Shown here: in pieces, positions 24,901-37,573 of the stretch
Layout of the letters: every line of letters begins with the position of its first letter
Numbering within the stretch: position 1 is the stretch's first letter
Origin: Octopus sinensis
Taxonomy: Eukaryota
Direction: 5' to 3'
DNA length: 64,000 bases
NCBI RefSeq assembly: GCF_006345805.1
Contig: NC_043007.1
Coordinates: 2,170,001-2,234,000 of the forward strand
The notes under the pieces: model-generated
What the model saw: the letters and a program-made list of their open reading frames with translations, nothing else
What the model was told of the DNA's origin: nothing
The model's database searches: none
Program-made: the position numbers and the translations under genes

Positions 24901-26447
24901 ATATGTATGTATTCTGTATATTATATATTTACAATGTACATCTCTGAGGGCCAGTCTGCACTTTTAGAATAAATTCATTTTGCTCGCTGAAAGAAAATTG
25001 CCTTTGAAGCAATATTGTCTATAGAGCAACACTAACCACGAATACTAGACCTACTGCTACGTCTACACTTATAGGATCTATAAAAAGCCAGTTTAAAACG
25101 TGATACAACTAACACTCACACATTTTTGCAGCTCAAACAGGAAAAATGATACCTATCAAAGTGTATAAGGATTTTAAAACCAAGAATTATTGAATTTATC
25201 ATAAACTGGAAAATATTGTCACACACACAATTTTAATTTTATGAAGATTACACCAAACCATGCAAACACTGCAGAAACGAATCCTATCAAATTCTTACAT
25301 TCAAGAGCCAAAACCCGACCGAAACTCTGATTTAGTTTCCTCATGCAAACACAGAATCTTTAAAATACTAAAACACTTCAAACCTATAGTTCTTTTAATG
25401 GTTAGATATGAAAATAACTCCCCATCCTACTTCTAGTATAGCTACCTTCACCATCAACTACCTCCATAATAAGAAACATTAAAACTGATTTTACAGCTCA
25501 ACACTAAACAAACCAGGAGTGAACCACCCGTAAGTTCCAATTTCTGAGGTGAGGAATATATTATGCACATTAGTCGGAGAGGTGTTCTTATCTTGGCTGT
25601 GTACACTTCAATCTGTACGGAACAGAAATAAAATGAATGTTTATAAGCCTTAAAAATTCACTCTGTCACTGCCTACGGACGTATCATCGTGGATAAAGGA
25701 GTTAACTAACGTGTGTTGTTGCTTAAAGGCTCTGAGTTCAATCTCACACGAGGCACTAAGGTGAATGACAAGACACCTGAAGAAATCTTGAGTGTGCAAC
25801 AGCCAAAACGTAGTGAAAAACAACCAAGCCGAGGACATCATTCCGACTAAAATAAATACTGTACTTGATGGCTGTGGTCAAGATATATTTTGTGATTGAC
25901 GCGTGTACTTAGACTTTCAATAATAAAAAAAATTTTTCAAAACATATTTTGATTAAAATATACCAAAATCTGAACCTTTAAGAATTTTGTTTGCACTGTA
26001 ATCTTTCGTAATTGCTTTTTTAAAAAGTAAAACTTACATGATTTCAGTTAATTAATATACGACATTTTCCATTATTTTATAGATATGAAAGTAGATTCTT
26101 TCTTTCTTTCGGAGACGAACAAAGCAACTGCTGTGATGACGTCACCCATTGTGCCAGAAGCACGTGAGTACCGCTGTACTCTCGCTTCCACCCAATCGTT
26201 TAGGCTTCTTCTTAATGGCATGATTTTTAGAGAATTCTTCATTCGCAAGATTATCTCTTATTGTTTGGTATTGTAACCCTTTAGCATCAAAATATTGTTC
26301 TATTTCTCTAGAATCACATATTTATTATGCACGGTATTTAATATTGTACATGCATATACATGGATTGGTGGATTAGTAGGTAGTGTATATATATATAGCT
26401 ATATGCTTAATATATACATACATATATATATACATATATATATATAT

Positions 26448-27876
26448 ACTCTTTTACTCTTTTACTCTTTTACTTGTTTCAGCCATCCGCTGAGGCCATG
26501 CTGGGGCACCGCCTTGTTGCTACCCTCTCTAAGTCCAGTTTGCCGTGGTTGGCCACTGATCTAAGGAGAGTTTGTAGCTGCTGCCCTTAGTTTACCTTCG
26601 TACCTAGCAGTGGGTTCATCTGGGATCCCGGAAAGCAGCTTGTCTAGATGTTTTTTGAAAATGTCCACATCCGCATCATGTAGATCTCTTAGTTTTCTTG
26701 GCAGTTTGTTGAAAAGCTGAGGGCCCCTGAACCCCAGGCTATTACAGTATCTGCTCCTTACCCTGGATGTGGAAGACGGCCTTTGGCACCACACAGTGAC
26801 GTCCTGTACGGGGATTGGAACAGCTCTCAATTCCAAAATTTGGTGCTAGTCCCTCCAGGATTTTCCATATGTATATCACTGCATATCTCTCTCGTCTTCG
26901 TTCCAAGGAGTACAAATTGAGTTCCCTGAGCCTCTCCCAATAGTTCTTTTCTTTCATGGTGGAAATCATCTTGGTGAAATGTCTTTGGATTGTCTCAAGC
27001 TCTGTGGTTAGTTTGACACTATGCGGTGACCACAGTTGGGAGCAGTAGTCCAGGCGGCTTAGGACAAATGTCCTCCATAGTGTCAACATGGTCTCGCAGT
27101 CTCTTGTCCGGAATGTCCTCAGGATCCAGCCAGTGAGGCGTCTGCACATTGTCGCCACCTTCGCGATGTGTGAAAAAAAGATGCATCGTCACTCATGTCT
27201 ATCCCCAGGTCCCGTATTGATTTCGATACTGGGATTTCGATCCCTCCTGGACCAGTATAGTTGTGTTGTAATGTATATGTGTTTACAGCTTGATATTGTA
27301 AGGCTTGAAATTTACCACATTAAATTGCATGTTGTTGTCTTCAGCCCATTTGTATATGACATCCAGATCTTGTTGTAAAAGGTCAGCATGAGCTGGGTTT
27401 TTGATTGCCTGTGCTACCTTTGTGTCATCAGCATAGCTAGTGAGGGATGTTGTTTGTGCTACCAAGGGCATGTCGAGAGCGCCACCAAAAACAGCAAGGG
27501 TCCCAAGATTGTGCCCTGTGGCACCCCGCTTGCTATTGGTGTCTTCCCGAGAGGGCTCCATTGGCTGCAACCATCTGGCTTCTGTCCTTCAGGAAGTCAT
27601 GTATCCACTCACCTACTTTTCCTGTTATGCCGAGTCTGAATAATTTGTGACATATCACTCCGTGGTCGACTTTGTCAAAGGCCTTCGCAAAGTCGAGATA
27701 ATACCACATCCACCTGTGAGCGATCAGTAGTGTTTTCAGTACCAGTCGTAGTGTTGTAACAGCTGCGTAAGGCAGCTTCTTCCTGGGAAAAGCCATGCTG
27801 TGTGTCAGTGAGACGGTTAGTTTCTTCGAGGAACGTGATCAGTTTTTTTCTGATGATTCGTTCCATGACCTTACTT
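26448..27876 (-). mobile_element. 5'-truncated CR1/L2-group LINE with intact 3' UTR, inserted in (TA)n
   Basis: RT motifs across frameshifted ORFs; 3' UTR ends in a stem-loop followed by (aagagta)n; both ends abut TA-rich repeats. Confidence 0.9.
26561..27866 (-). pseudogene. Reverse transcriptase (ORF2) C-terminal half, frameshifted
   Basis: ERIIRKKLITFLEETNRLTDTQHGF; YLDFAKAFDKVDHGVICHKL; SYADDTKV; RTFVLSRLDYCSQLWSP; LYSLERRRER; FRGPQLFNKLP...SGIPDEP...AATNS. Confidence 0.9.
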
Positions 27877-27974
27877 ATATATTTATAAGTGTATTATATA
27901 TATTATATATACATATATATATATGTTTATATATATATATGTATACATGTGTAAACAAGTACATTATATCAGTG

Positions 27975-28023
<49 letters not shown>

Positions 28024-28308
28024 GTTTATATACAGGTACATGACCTTTAACGAGTTAAATATGTAATCTATTAAAATGAATTGTGTAGCCCTTTAGTTTC
28101 ATGTAACATTATTATAACTTGTCATAAAGCGACTGTAAATACATAAATACATACATTTATGTATGTACAAATACCAGTTTATATTTACGCATGAATATAT
28201 ATACACATATATATATAAACATATATATATATATGCATGCGTATGGAATATATATACAAACATACTACATATATATATATACTATACATATATATATATA
28301 TATATATA

Positions 28309-28385
<77 letters not shown>

Positions 28386-28656
28386 CATTGTTACTTATGT
28401 ATAAATATATAAATGTGTTTGTGTTTGTGTGTGTATTTTCCCCTAGAGAATGACAGGGAACAATTGAACTGTGGTTGTTAATGAACGTAAGTTTTCTTCA
28501 AAGTTACACTATAGAAATTTATGACACGAGAAAAACAAAATAAATGAATATACACATATGTGTAACTGTGAATGTTTGGTTATTAATTACATATAAATTA
28601 TTCATTGCACATAAGCTACAGGAAACAAACGAAATCTCACAAGACAAAAGAAAACG

Positions 28657-28687
<31 letters not shown>

Positions 28688-28905
28688 GACAATGCTTTCT
28701 GAATAGAGCATTGCTTTTTACACTTGAAATTTATTATCATTTGTTTCACCTGACATTTAACCTAAACTAATTCGTGTGGAAGTTAGTTACTGCAGAAGAT
28801 AAACTCACGTTCCCTTGAAGTTATGTGACTCGTTACAAATTATATGCGAAGACGCTTGCTTAAACGAATCTACCCACACATACATGGCTATTATATAAGC
28901 ATACA

Positions 28906-28992
<87 letters not shown>

Positions 28993-29195
28993 TATATATA
29001 TATTATATGTATATATATATATATATATATACAAGGATATATATATATATGTATATATATATATAAATAATAATATATATTTATTTATATATATATATAT
29101 ATATATAATATATAATATATATATAAGGATATATATATATATAGAAATATATATGCATATATATATATAGAAATATATATGCATATATACTAATA

Positions 29196-29255
<60 letters not shown>

Positions 29256-29926
29256 GCAAGTTTCTCATACGAAGGCAAATAATATTTATCAGAGGTCGAA
29301 CAAACATCAGAAACCGTTTGAAAATCGTTCGGAAAGAAATGTGAATTATGATTATTGTATTTTTGTTCTTTCAAACATTGAAAAAGACACTCACACATGC
29401 TCACATATGTACACGATCACATACATAAACACACCACATGCATACTTACTTCTAGTTCTTTTACTAACTCGCACACTTGTAAACAAACTCACACGAAAGA
29501 GTTTTGCCAAAAATATCCGTGGAAAGATTAAAGTACGTTGCTTTTGTTTCAATGTTATTAATGGAATCAGGATCAAATTGTACCTGAATAAACCGACAAT
29601 AAATTATGGGAACCACTAGACAAAGCTCATTAACTATTCCTGACATTTTAGGAAATAGATTTATGCACAAAGTAACGGATTGTCTTAATTAGAGACACAC
29701 GTCTTTGTACTGGGTGTTATGTCTAGATTTATATTATGTAGAAAGCAAAATCTCATTTTTCAGGCTTTAACCTTTTTATATACGCACATGCAAATTCACA
29801 TTTACACAAAGATAAATGTTATGATACCCCCGAATCGATTTAGGTTATTCGATTGCTGGGCCAATTACCAACGGCTAAGATCTAGTAACACCACCGTTTT
29901 TAGGGAGCCATATATATATATATATG

Positions 29927-29985
<59 letters not shown>

Positions 29986-30009
29986 ATATATTATATATAT
30001 ATATATATA

Positions 30010-30415
30010 CATACTCTTTACTCGTTACTCTTTTACTTGTTTCAGTCATTTGACTGCGGCCATGCTGGACACCCCGCCTTTAATCGAGCAACTCGACCCC
30101 AGGACTTATTCTTTGTAAGCCCAGTACTTATTCTATCGGTCTCTTTTGCCGAACCGCTAAGTAACGGGGCATAAACACACCAGCATCGGTTGTCAAGCAA
30201 TTCTAGGGGGACAAACACAGACACACAAACACACACACGCATATATATATATACATATATACGACGGGCTTCTTTCAGTTTCCGTCTACCAAATCCACTC
30301 ACAAGGCTTTGGTCGGCCCGAGGCTATAGTAGAAGACACTTGCCCAAGGTGCTACGCAGTGGAACTGAACCATGTGGTTAGTAAACAAGCTACTTACCAC
30401 ACAGCCACTCCTGTG
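30010..30415 (-). mobile_element. SINE family A, full length, flanked by (TA)n
   Basis: Reverse complement colinear with 2559-3010. Confidence 0.9.
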
Positions 30416-30728
30416 CCTATATATATATACTTGGAACAAATGCGTAGTAGAGTACAATAAAACATTCTGACAGATAGACGATACAAGGCGGACAAGAGAA
30501 ACAACAATTAGAAGGATAGGCTAAGGAGAGAGAATGGGAATGGAACAAAAATAGTTCAGAGCGTTAAAGAAATTTCAAACTAAGATGCCGAAGCAAAATG
30601 AAGAATAGTTATGTGGAGAAATATCTCCGGGAGAAAGGAAAACAATAATGTTGTCCTCTTTGCTTGGTTTCTTACCCAATTTTTTAAATTCATCACTAAC
30701 GCATGTAGGCTTTTGTCATACATACATG

Positions 30729-30804
<76 letters not shown>

Positions 30805-30870
30805 TATGTATATATGTATATATATTCACACACACATACATATACACAAACAAACACATACACACAAGCT

Positions 30871-30901
<31 letters not shown>

Positions 30902-31992
30902 ACATATCTGCGTGTGAGTTTATACAGATTAAATATGTGTACGTGTATGATGAGAGTACATGGCAGGGGTGTCATAGAATGCGCTTCCGAAGCGTTAGCG
31001 ACTTCCAAATTTCACTCCCAAGATATTGGTCAACATTTGCCCAAGTTGCAATGCTCTGTGATCGAAACCGGAAGCACAGAGTTATGCACAGTGTTTCACT
31101 GGTAATCAGTGAAGTTTATTGAAGTTTCCAGTCATGACTTCGAGGTTAAACTTTTCAAAACGGTCTCATATAGAAATATAATTAATAAAAATGTATAATC
31201 TGCCCTCTGTCTGACACCAAAACTATATTTAATTTAATTTAATTATATGAAATAGACTGCGTGTACAGATTATTTTGGAAGTTTAATACAAATTTTATTT
31301 ATATATTGCTGAATAATTATATAACAAAATGACTTTATTCACAATAAAAAAAGTATAACCTCATATGTATTTAGATTCGTTCCTCGGAGACTTTTTTTGC
31401 TTGCCAAAAATCGAAATAGCTAATGATATATATATATATCTTTATACATATATATATATATATATACATATGTATATATATATATAGGTATATATAATGG
31501 ATAATAAAACAATATATATATATATATATATATATTTGTCTGTATGTGTATATGTATGTGTGTATAGTCTAATGGTGGCTTGCAAACCGATATTTCAAAA
31601 GCAGTCAGCCGTCTCCTTGTTTATAGAAAAGGAAAATATGTACTTCGATAAAAGCATTGAATGATCCTTCAATTTATTTAAACTGTTTTTAAATATGACA
31701 TAAACACAAACATTACTATGATATATATATATATATAAGCAATAATAAATCTGGGAACGAGGTATAAACAGTAGCTGCACGACAATGTGAAGTATATTTG
31801 CCAATTAAATGTAGCTAACCACTAAGGGTGGATTCTACTGTGGCTTGTAGCCCCAGGAGAACATCTTCTCCAGTTGGCTATTGACGCACTTTCTGTACCC
31901 TATCAGTATTTGCATATATAAATATATATATATATGTATGTATGTATGTGTGTATATGTGTGTGTACATAAACCATAAACACACACCACACA

Positions 31993-32054
<62 letters not shown>

Positions 32055-32223
32055 TATATCTTATAAGCAAGGGCTAAAGAAAGTTTTTCTAAGCCAATAT
32101 ACTGAAATCCACGTTTAATCTACTTGCTACAGAAAGTTGAACTGAAATTCGGGCAACTATACTTTTGGAATATTTAAATTTCGTTAACATCCCTTTTAAT
32201 AGTATTATATATATATATATATA

Positions 32224-32279
<56 letters not shown>

Positions 32280-32759
32280 TACATATATACATACATACAT
32301 ACATACATACCCATACAATACAGAGACACACATGCATACATGCATACGCATATATAAAGGGTCTGACCGAAGTGAGGGCATCACAGATGATATTCTTCAT
32401 CCTCTTTCACGCGCACACGTGCCCTATTTTTGCAAGATTGGTGATGGTGTTTATGGGTGTTGTGGTGGACCTTGGTTTTTTTAAAACTGAAGATATAGAT
32501 CTTCGATTAAACGGATTACTTCCCGGATTAACGTGTAATGTCCGAGACATTCCACATCCCTGAGGATTTCAACGAAATTGTAAGGCAGAATCAGAGCGTC
32601 AATAAGTGTGCATACTAATCCACAGGTACGGCATACACAAAGAATATCGAATGGAAGTACAGGTGTGGTGGAAAAAGAATGGCATTTTGAACTGCAGAGT
32701 AAAATTTGAAATTTCTGAAAGACATTCAAAGCATCATATTTCAAATATACGGATGTGGT

Positions 32760-32975
32760 CAGCTGGCAGAATCGTTAGCACGTCGGGCAAAATACTTAGC
32801 GACATTTCGTCCAACCTTTACGTTCTGAGTTCAAATTCCGCTGGTGTCGACTTTGTCTTTAATCCTTTTGGGGAGACGATAAAATAAATACCATTTGAAA
32901 ACTGCGGTCGATGTCATCGACAAATCCCCTCCCCCGAAGTTTCAGGGTCTGTGCCTATAATAGAAAGGACTATAC
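32760..32975 (+). mobile_element. SINE family B, diverged
   Basis: gctggcagaatcgttagcacgtcgggc...cgttctgagttcaaattccgctggtgtcgactttg. Confidence 0.75.
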
Positions 32976-33140
32976 TTCAAATATAGGGAAGAGCTCATGA
33001 CAGAAAATTTCGGAATTTGCATCCTTGAAGATAACAAGACAGAAATAATGGAAAAATAGATCCGGAATATGAGACACTATGCGAAGTGTAAATAAAAATA
33101 ATGAATTTGTTTTCAATATTATGTACTTTATCATCCGTTT

Positions 33141-33469
33141 GTGAGGGCGCGTGGCTTAGTGGTTAGGGCATTCGGCTCATGATCGTAAGGTTGTGAGTTC
33201 GATTCCCGGCGACGCGTTGTGTCCTTGAGCAAGACACTTTATTTCACGTTGCTCCAGTCCACTCAGCTGGCAAAAATGAGTTGTACTTGTATTTCAAAGG
33301 GTCAGCCTTGTCACTCTCTGTGTCACGCTGATTATCCCCGAGAACTACGTTAAGGGTACACGTGTCTGTGGAATGCTCAGCCATTTGCACGTTAATTTCA
33401 CGAGCAAGCTGTTCCGTTGATCGTATCAGCTGGGACCCTCGTCGTCGTAACCGGCGGAGTTTTTTTTTA
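33141..33469 (+). mobile_element. SINE (head 2 + tail X) with 11-bp TSD
   Basis: tRNA-like gggcgcgtggcttagtggttagg...gagttcgattccc followed by gtgtccttgagcaagacactt; TSD atcatccgttt at 33130-33140 and 33470-33480; the 3' ~180 nt match 3247-3430. Confidence 0.9.
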
Positions 33470-33759
33470 ATCATCCGTTTAAAATTTATTCCAGTCTAAT
33501 TTTTGAGTTTTATAAATCTTTAATTTATCCAAAGCATATACTGGACAACAGTTTTGCCACTCCCCACATCTTTTGTATAACTTGAAATATCCACTGCTTG
33601 ACGTGTATTTGTGTCTTTTCTATCTCTTCGAGTTCTTGAGGTCGAGTAAAAGTTAATATTTCATGAAAACAACTCAGTTTTATTTTGCTGGGTATGATGG
33701 GAAGAAAGTCAGCGGGATAAGATGACTCTTGTTTACGGATCATGCTTAAAGAACCCTGC

Positions 33760-33776
33760 ATTGTTGTTGTTGTTGC

Positions 33777-33813
<37 letters not shown>

Positions 33814-34045
33814 CTTCTTCTTCTTCTTCTTCTTCTTCTTCTTCTTTCTTCTTCTTCTCCTCCTCCTTTTTTCTTCTTCTTCTTCTTCTTCTTCTTCTTC
33901 CTCTCCTTCTTCTCCTCTCCTCCTCCTCCTTTTTGCTTTCTCTTCTTCTTTCTTTCTCTTCTTCTTCTTCTTCTTCTGCTTCCCCTTGTTGTTGCTGTTG
34001 TTGTTCTTCTACTTCTTCTTCCCCCTCCTCCTCCTCCTCCTCCCC
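33760..34045. repeat. Compound (GTT)n(CTT)n(CCT)n microsatellite
   Basis: Direct reading; source of the poly-L/F/S/R/K/T ORFs. Confidence 0.95.
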
Positions 34046-35376
34046 AGTCTCTGCCTTTTTTCGCTAGGTATGGCGGAAAGTGTCGACTGTCCACAACCAA
34101 CAGATTAGGGTGACACTTACTTACTGATCCCGCTTCAAGCACCAAGCCGTTTGAAATAATCCCCAGAAGAGATACTTGTGAAGGAGAAGAGAAATAATTT
34201 GGAAACTGGAAAGCGTTGTACTTGACTGAAAACGTACAACTTACAAGAGACATGGAAAGCGACAAACAGTCACACACATACAATCCCCAATATCAACACC
34301 AACACGACCACAAACATCTCGGACACTAGATGTGTCAGCGCAAGAAGAGAAATAACATCCCTATCCATATTAATAACGTGAACTGTATACCCAGACCAAA
34401 CAAGCAAACAGGATTATATACTCAGAGACATGAACAGCAATGAGTTTGTGAAACATATACAAAAGTCCCTGACTACGGGCTGTTTAAGGATGTTGAACGA
34501 AACACCTATGTTTCCAGAAGTGAATTATTCAAACCCCAAAGAATCCCTCTCAACACATGGCGATGATGTTCCCCCACTACTTCTGCTCGTGATCAGAGAT
34601 GCACATATCGTCAGCCACTAAGGGACATGCTCAACTGGTTAAGGTCAAACAACTGACAAGCAAACCTGTGGTATTGAACAGAATATTTGCTGTAGCCCAT
34701 CTTTTATACCAAAACAAAACAATGTACATGATAACATTTCCAACCATTTAAGATCAGAAGCCATAAGAGCCACTGCCTGGTATTGCACTTATTATTATTA
34801 TTATTATTATTATTATATTATTATTATTATTAGTAGTAGTAGTAGTGTAGTAGTAGTAGTAGTAGTAGTACTTGTGGTGGTGGTGGTGGTGGTGGTGGTA
34901 GTGGTAGTTGTTACTTTTATTTGCTTTAGTTTTCTGAAATTCAAAAGTATTGAACAAAAATTTTGTTTACATTCTATTGATTTATTCCAACATTTTCTTT
35001 CTGTCAAAAGTTTATGACATCAAATCACATGCGTTATTTTTCTCTTTTTTATGATCATTATATTAAATATTATTGAGCGTAAATAAAACATAACTTCTAG
35101 TTGGAAGCAAATAGAACTAAAGCAAATTCTCGTTGCAAATAATTCACACATTAATAATAAAGATTCATAGCTGTAAATCATCTACGACGACGGTCAAGAA
35201 AGAAATGTCCTCTGTGAAGGTCACTCGATCTAGTTGAAACAACAGCCAAATCTCTTTTAAATTAAAAGGCGTCTTCTTACTAATGTAAGTAACATGGAGG
35301 TGGTTTTCGTCCTTACGTAGTTCCATAAATAAAGGTCGGCCATAAATCACTTCTCTCAGAATTGTCTTGAGATGAG

Positions 35377-36150
35377 GGCGGCAAGCTGGCAGAAACGTTA
35401 GCACGCCGGGCGAGATGCTTAGCTGTATTTCGTCTGCCGTTACGCTCTGAGTTCGAATTCCGCCGAGGTCGACTTTTCCTTTCATCCTTTCGGGGTCGAT
35501 TAAATAAGTACCAGTTACGCACTGGGGTCGATGTAATCGACTTAATCCGTTTGTCTGTCCTTCTTTGTCCTCTCTGTGTTTAGCCCCTTGTGGGTAGTAA
35601 AGAAATAAGTATTTCGTCTGCCGCTACGTTCTGAGTTCAAATTCCGCTGGGGTCGACTTTGCCTTTTAGCCTTTCGGAGTCGATAAATTAAGTACCAGTT
35701 GCGTATAGGGTTCGATCTAATCGATTGGCCCCCTCCTCAAAAATTTAGGGCCTTGTGCCCAGAATAGAAAAGAATATATGGGAACGGGGTGGGTTGCACC
35801 AGCAGTACACTGGTCCCCATTACAGCTGAGTAGAATGGAGCGAAGTAAATAAGTAGCAGTTACGCACTGGGGTCGATATAATCGACTTAATACATTTGTC
35901 TGTCCTTGTTTGTCCTCTCTGTGTGTAGCCCTTTGTGGGCAGTAAAGAAATAAGAAACGTTAGTACGCCGTGTGAAGTGCTTAGTGGTATTTTGTCTGCC
36001 GCTACGTTCTGAGTTCAAATTCCACTGAGGTCGACTTTGCCTTTCATCCTTTCAGGGTCGATAAACTAAGTATTAGCTTTGCACTGGGGTCAATCTAATC
36101 GATTGACCCCCTCCCCCAATATTTCGGGCCTTGTGCCTAGAGTAGAAAAA
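35377..36150 (+). mobile_element. SINE family B tandem array (head plus at least 3 units) with a ~90-bp foreign segment at ~35775-35845
   Basis: Repeated atttcgtctgccgctacgttctgagttcaaattcc...ggtcgactttgcc units. Confidence 0.85.
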
Positions 36151-36970
36151 AATAGAATTGCCTTGAGATTAATCAACAACAGTAAGAAGAACAACAACAA
36201 TAACAAAACATCTGTTGCATCAAAAACAATAATAACAAAAACAATAAAGACCTTCTACAACAACGATAACAATTACAACAATAATTATCATACTCGCACC
36301 TTTAAATTACATTGTGGTGTGTGTTCGATAATATAGTCCTAAATACGCCACGTCAAATTAACGATAGGATGCTCGTGGTTGGAACGCCTTCAACCGAAGA
36401 TCCGTTTGGTCAGGTGTGGACTAATCATGAAAATAATTAGTGTAAATATTGCCCGGATTGGCGATTGGAATAATTTTTAAAAATTACATCACTAATCTTA
36501 TATTTAATTTGTTTCAGTCATTGAACTGCGGCCAGTCGAACAAATCAACCTCAGTACTTATTATTTTAAAGTCTTGTAGTTATATCGGTCTCTTGTTGAA
36601 CCGCTAAGTTACGGGGAAACGCTAAGTTACGTAAACAAACAAACGTTGGTTGTCAAGCGGTAGTGGGAGACATACACACACAAACACACACACACAGAGG
36701 ACGGGTTTCTTTCACCTGCTACCAAATCCACTCACAAGGTTTTGGTCGGGAACAGGCTCTTGTAAAAGACATGTACCCAAGGTGCTACACAGCAAGATTG
36801 AACTCCGAACTAATTCTTACTTATTACGTCTCTAATCAAGCGATGTCGCGTCGTTCCTATAAACTTTTGCAGGTGGGGCACGGGAAATATTTTATCAGTT
36901 TTCTGTCTCTGTATACGACCGGTTTGACATAGAATTCAATGCGGGTGTCATTTCCATTCAAGCGCTCCTT

Positions 36971-37243
36971 TGGAGAATGGAATATACGAGAAACTTCATT
37001 GCTTATAACGATCGTTTCGACCCATCCTGCATCGCTCTCTAACGGGTGCGGTACTATGCCCGTGGTTGTGGTGCATCTCTCGATGTAGAAGTGTCTCATC
37101 TCGTTATATCACCTGATGAGATACATCTGCTCGAAGGGATGCCTCACAGCCACCTGCACAGCATCGCACCCGCGAGGGAGAGATGCGGGATGGGTCGAAA
37201 CGATCGTTGTGAGCAATAAAGTTTCTAATACATCCCATTTTCC
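36971..37243. mobile_element. GC-rich fold-back element, ~130-bp arms, ~14-nt loop
   Basis: gcttataacgatcgtttcgacccatcctgcatc...gtgtctcatc aligns with the reverse complement of gatgagatac...gatgcgggatgggtcgaaacgatcgttgtgagc; the track also shows DAGWVETIV in both a minus and a plus ORF. Confidence 0.9.
37109..37212 (+). ncRNA. Candidate type I hammerhead ribozyme with extended (77-nt) stem II
   Basis: UCAC-CUGAUGA(37113-37119)-G...C(37120-37196)-GAAA-C[GAUC]G-UU-GUGA; canonical core; AAUAAA follows at 37215-37220. Confidence 0.6.
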
Positions 37244-37261
37244 GCTTCTATCATTTATCAT

Positions 37262-37573
37262 GTGGAGGCGCAATGGTCCAATGGCTAGGGCAGCGGACTC
37301 GCGATTGTAGGATGGCAGTTTCGATTCCCAGACTGGGCGTTGTGAGTGTTTATTGAGCGAAAACACCTAAAGGTCCACGAGGCTCCGGCAACGGGTGGTG
37401 GCGATCCCTGCTGTACTATTTCGCCACAACTTTCTCTCACTCTTTCTCCTGCTGGCCTGCTCGATTAGCCAGCGGGGTGGCGTGATTTGAAGGTTAAAAA
37501 AATGCGAAGCGCATTGTGACCAGCGATGTGTAGCAACTTCTGATAGCCTGGTCAGTCACGGGGATCACGGTGA
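37262..37573 (+). mobile_element. SINE (head 1 + tail Y) with ~11-bp TSD
   Basis: The first ~190 nt match the head of 3247-3636; different tail ending gtcacgggatcacggtga; TSD tcatttatcat / tcattcatcat. Confidence 0.85.

Noticed and set aside
32559-32586. CUGAGGA-UUUCAAC-GAAA-UUGUA
   Set aside because: No stem II or stem I pairing in hammerhead register; it is a simple hairpin.
34430-34790. Unique-looking ORF MNSNEFVKHIQKSL...
   Set aside because: No motif; the region looks like an interspersed repeat, but there is only one copy in the window, so it is not called.
35377-36150. Repeat-spacer-like periodicity suggestive of a CRISPR array
   Set aside because: The units are ~175-bp SINE B modules without unique spacers; eukaryotic context; no cas genes.
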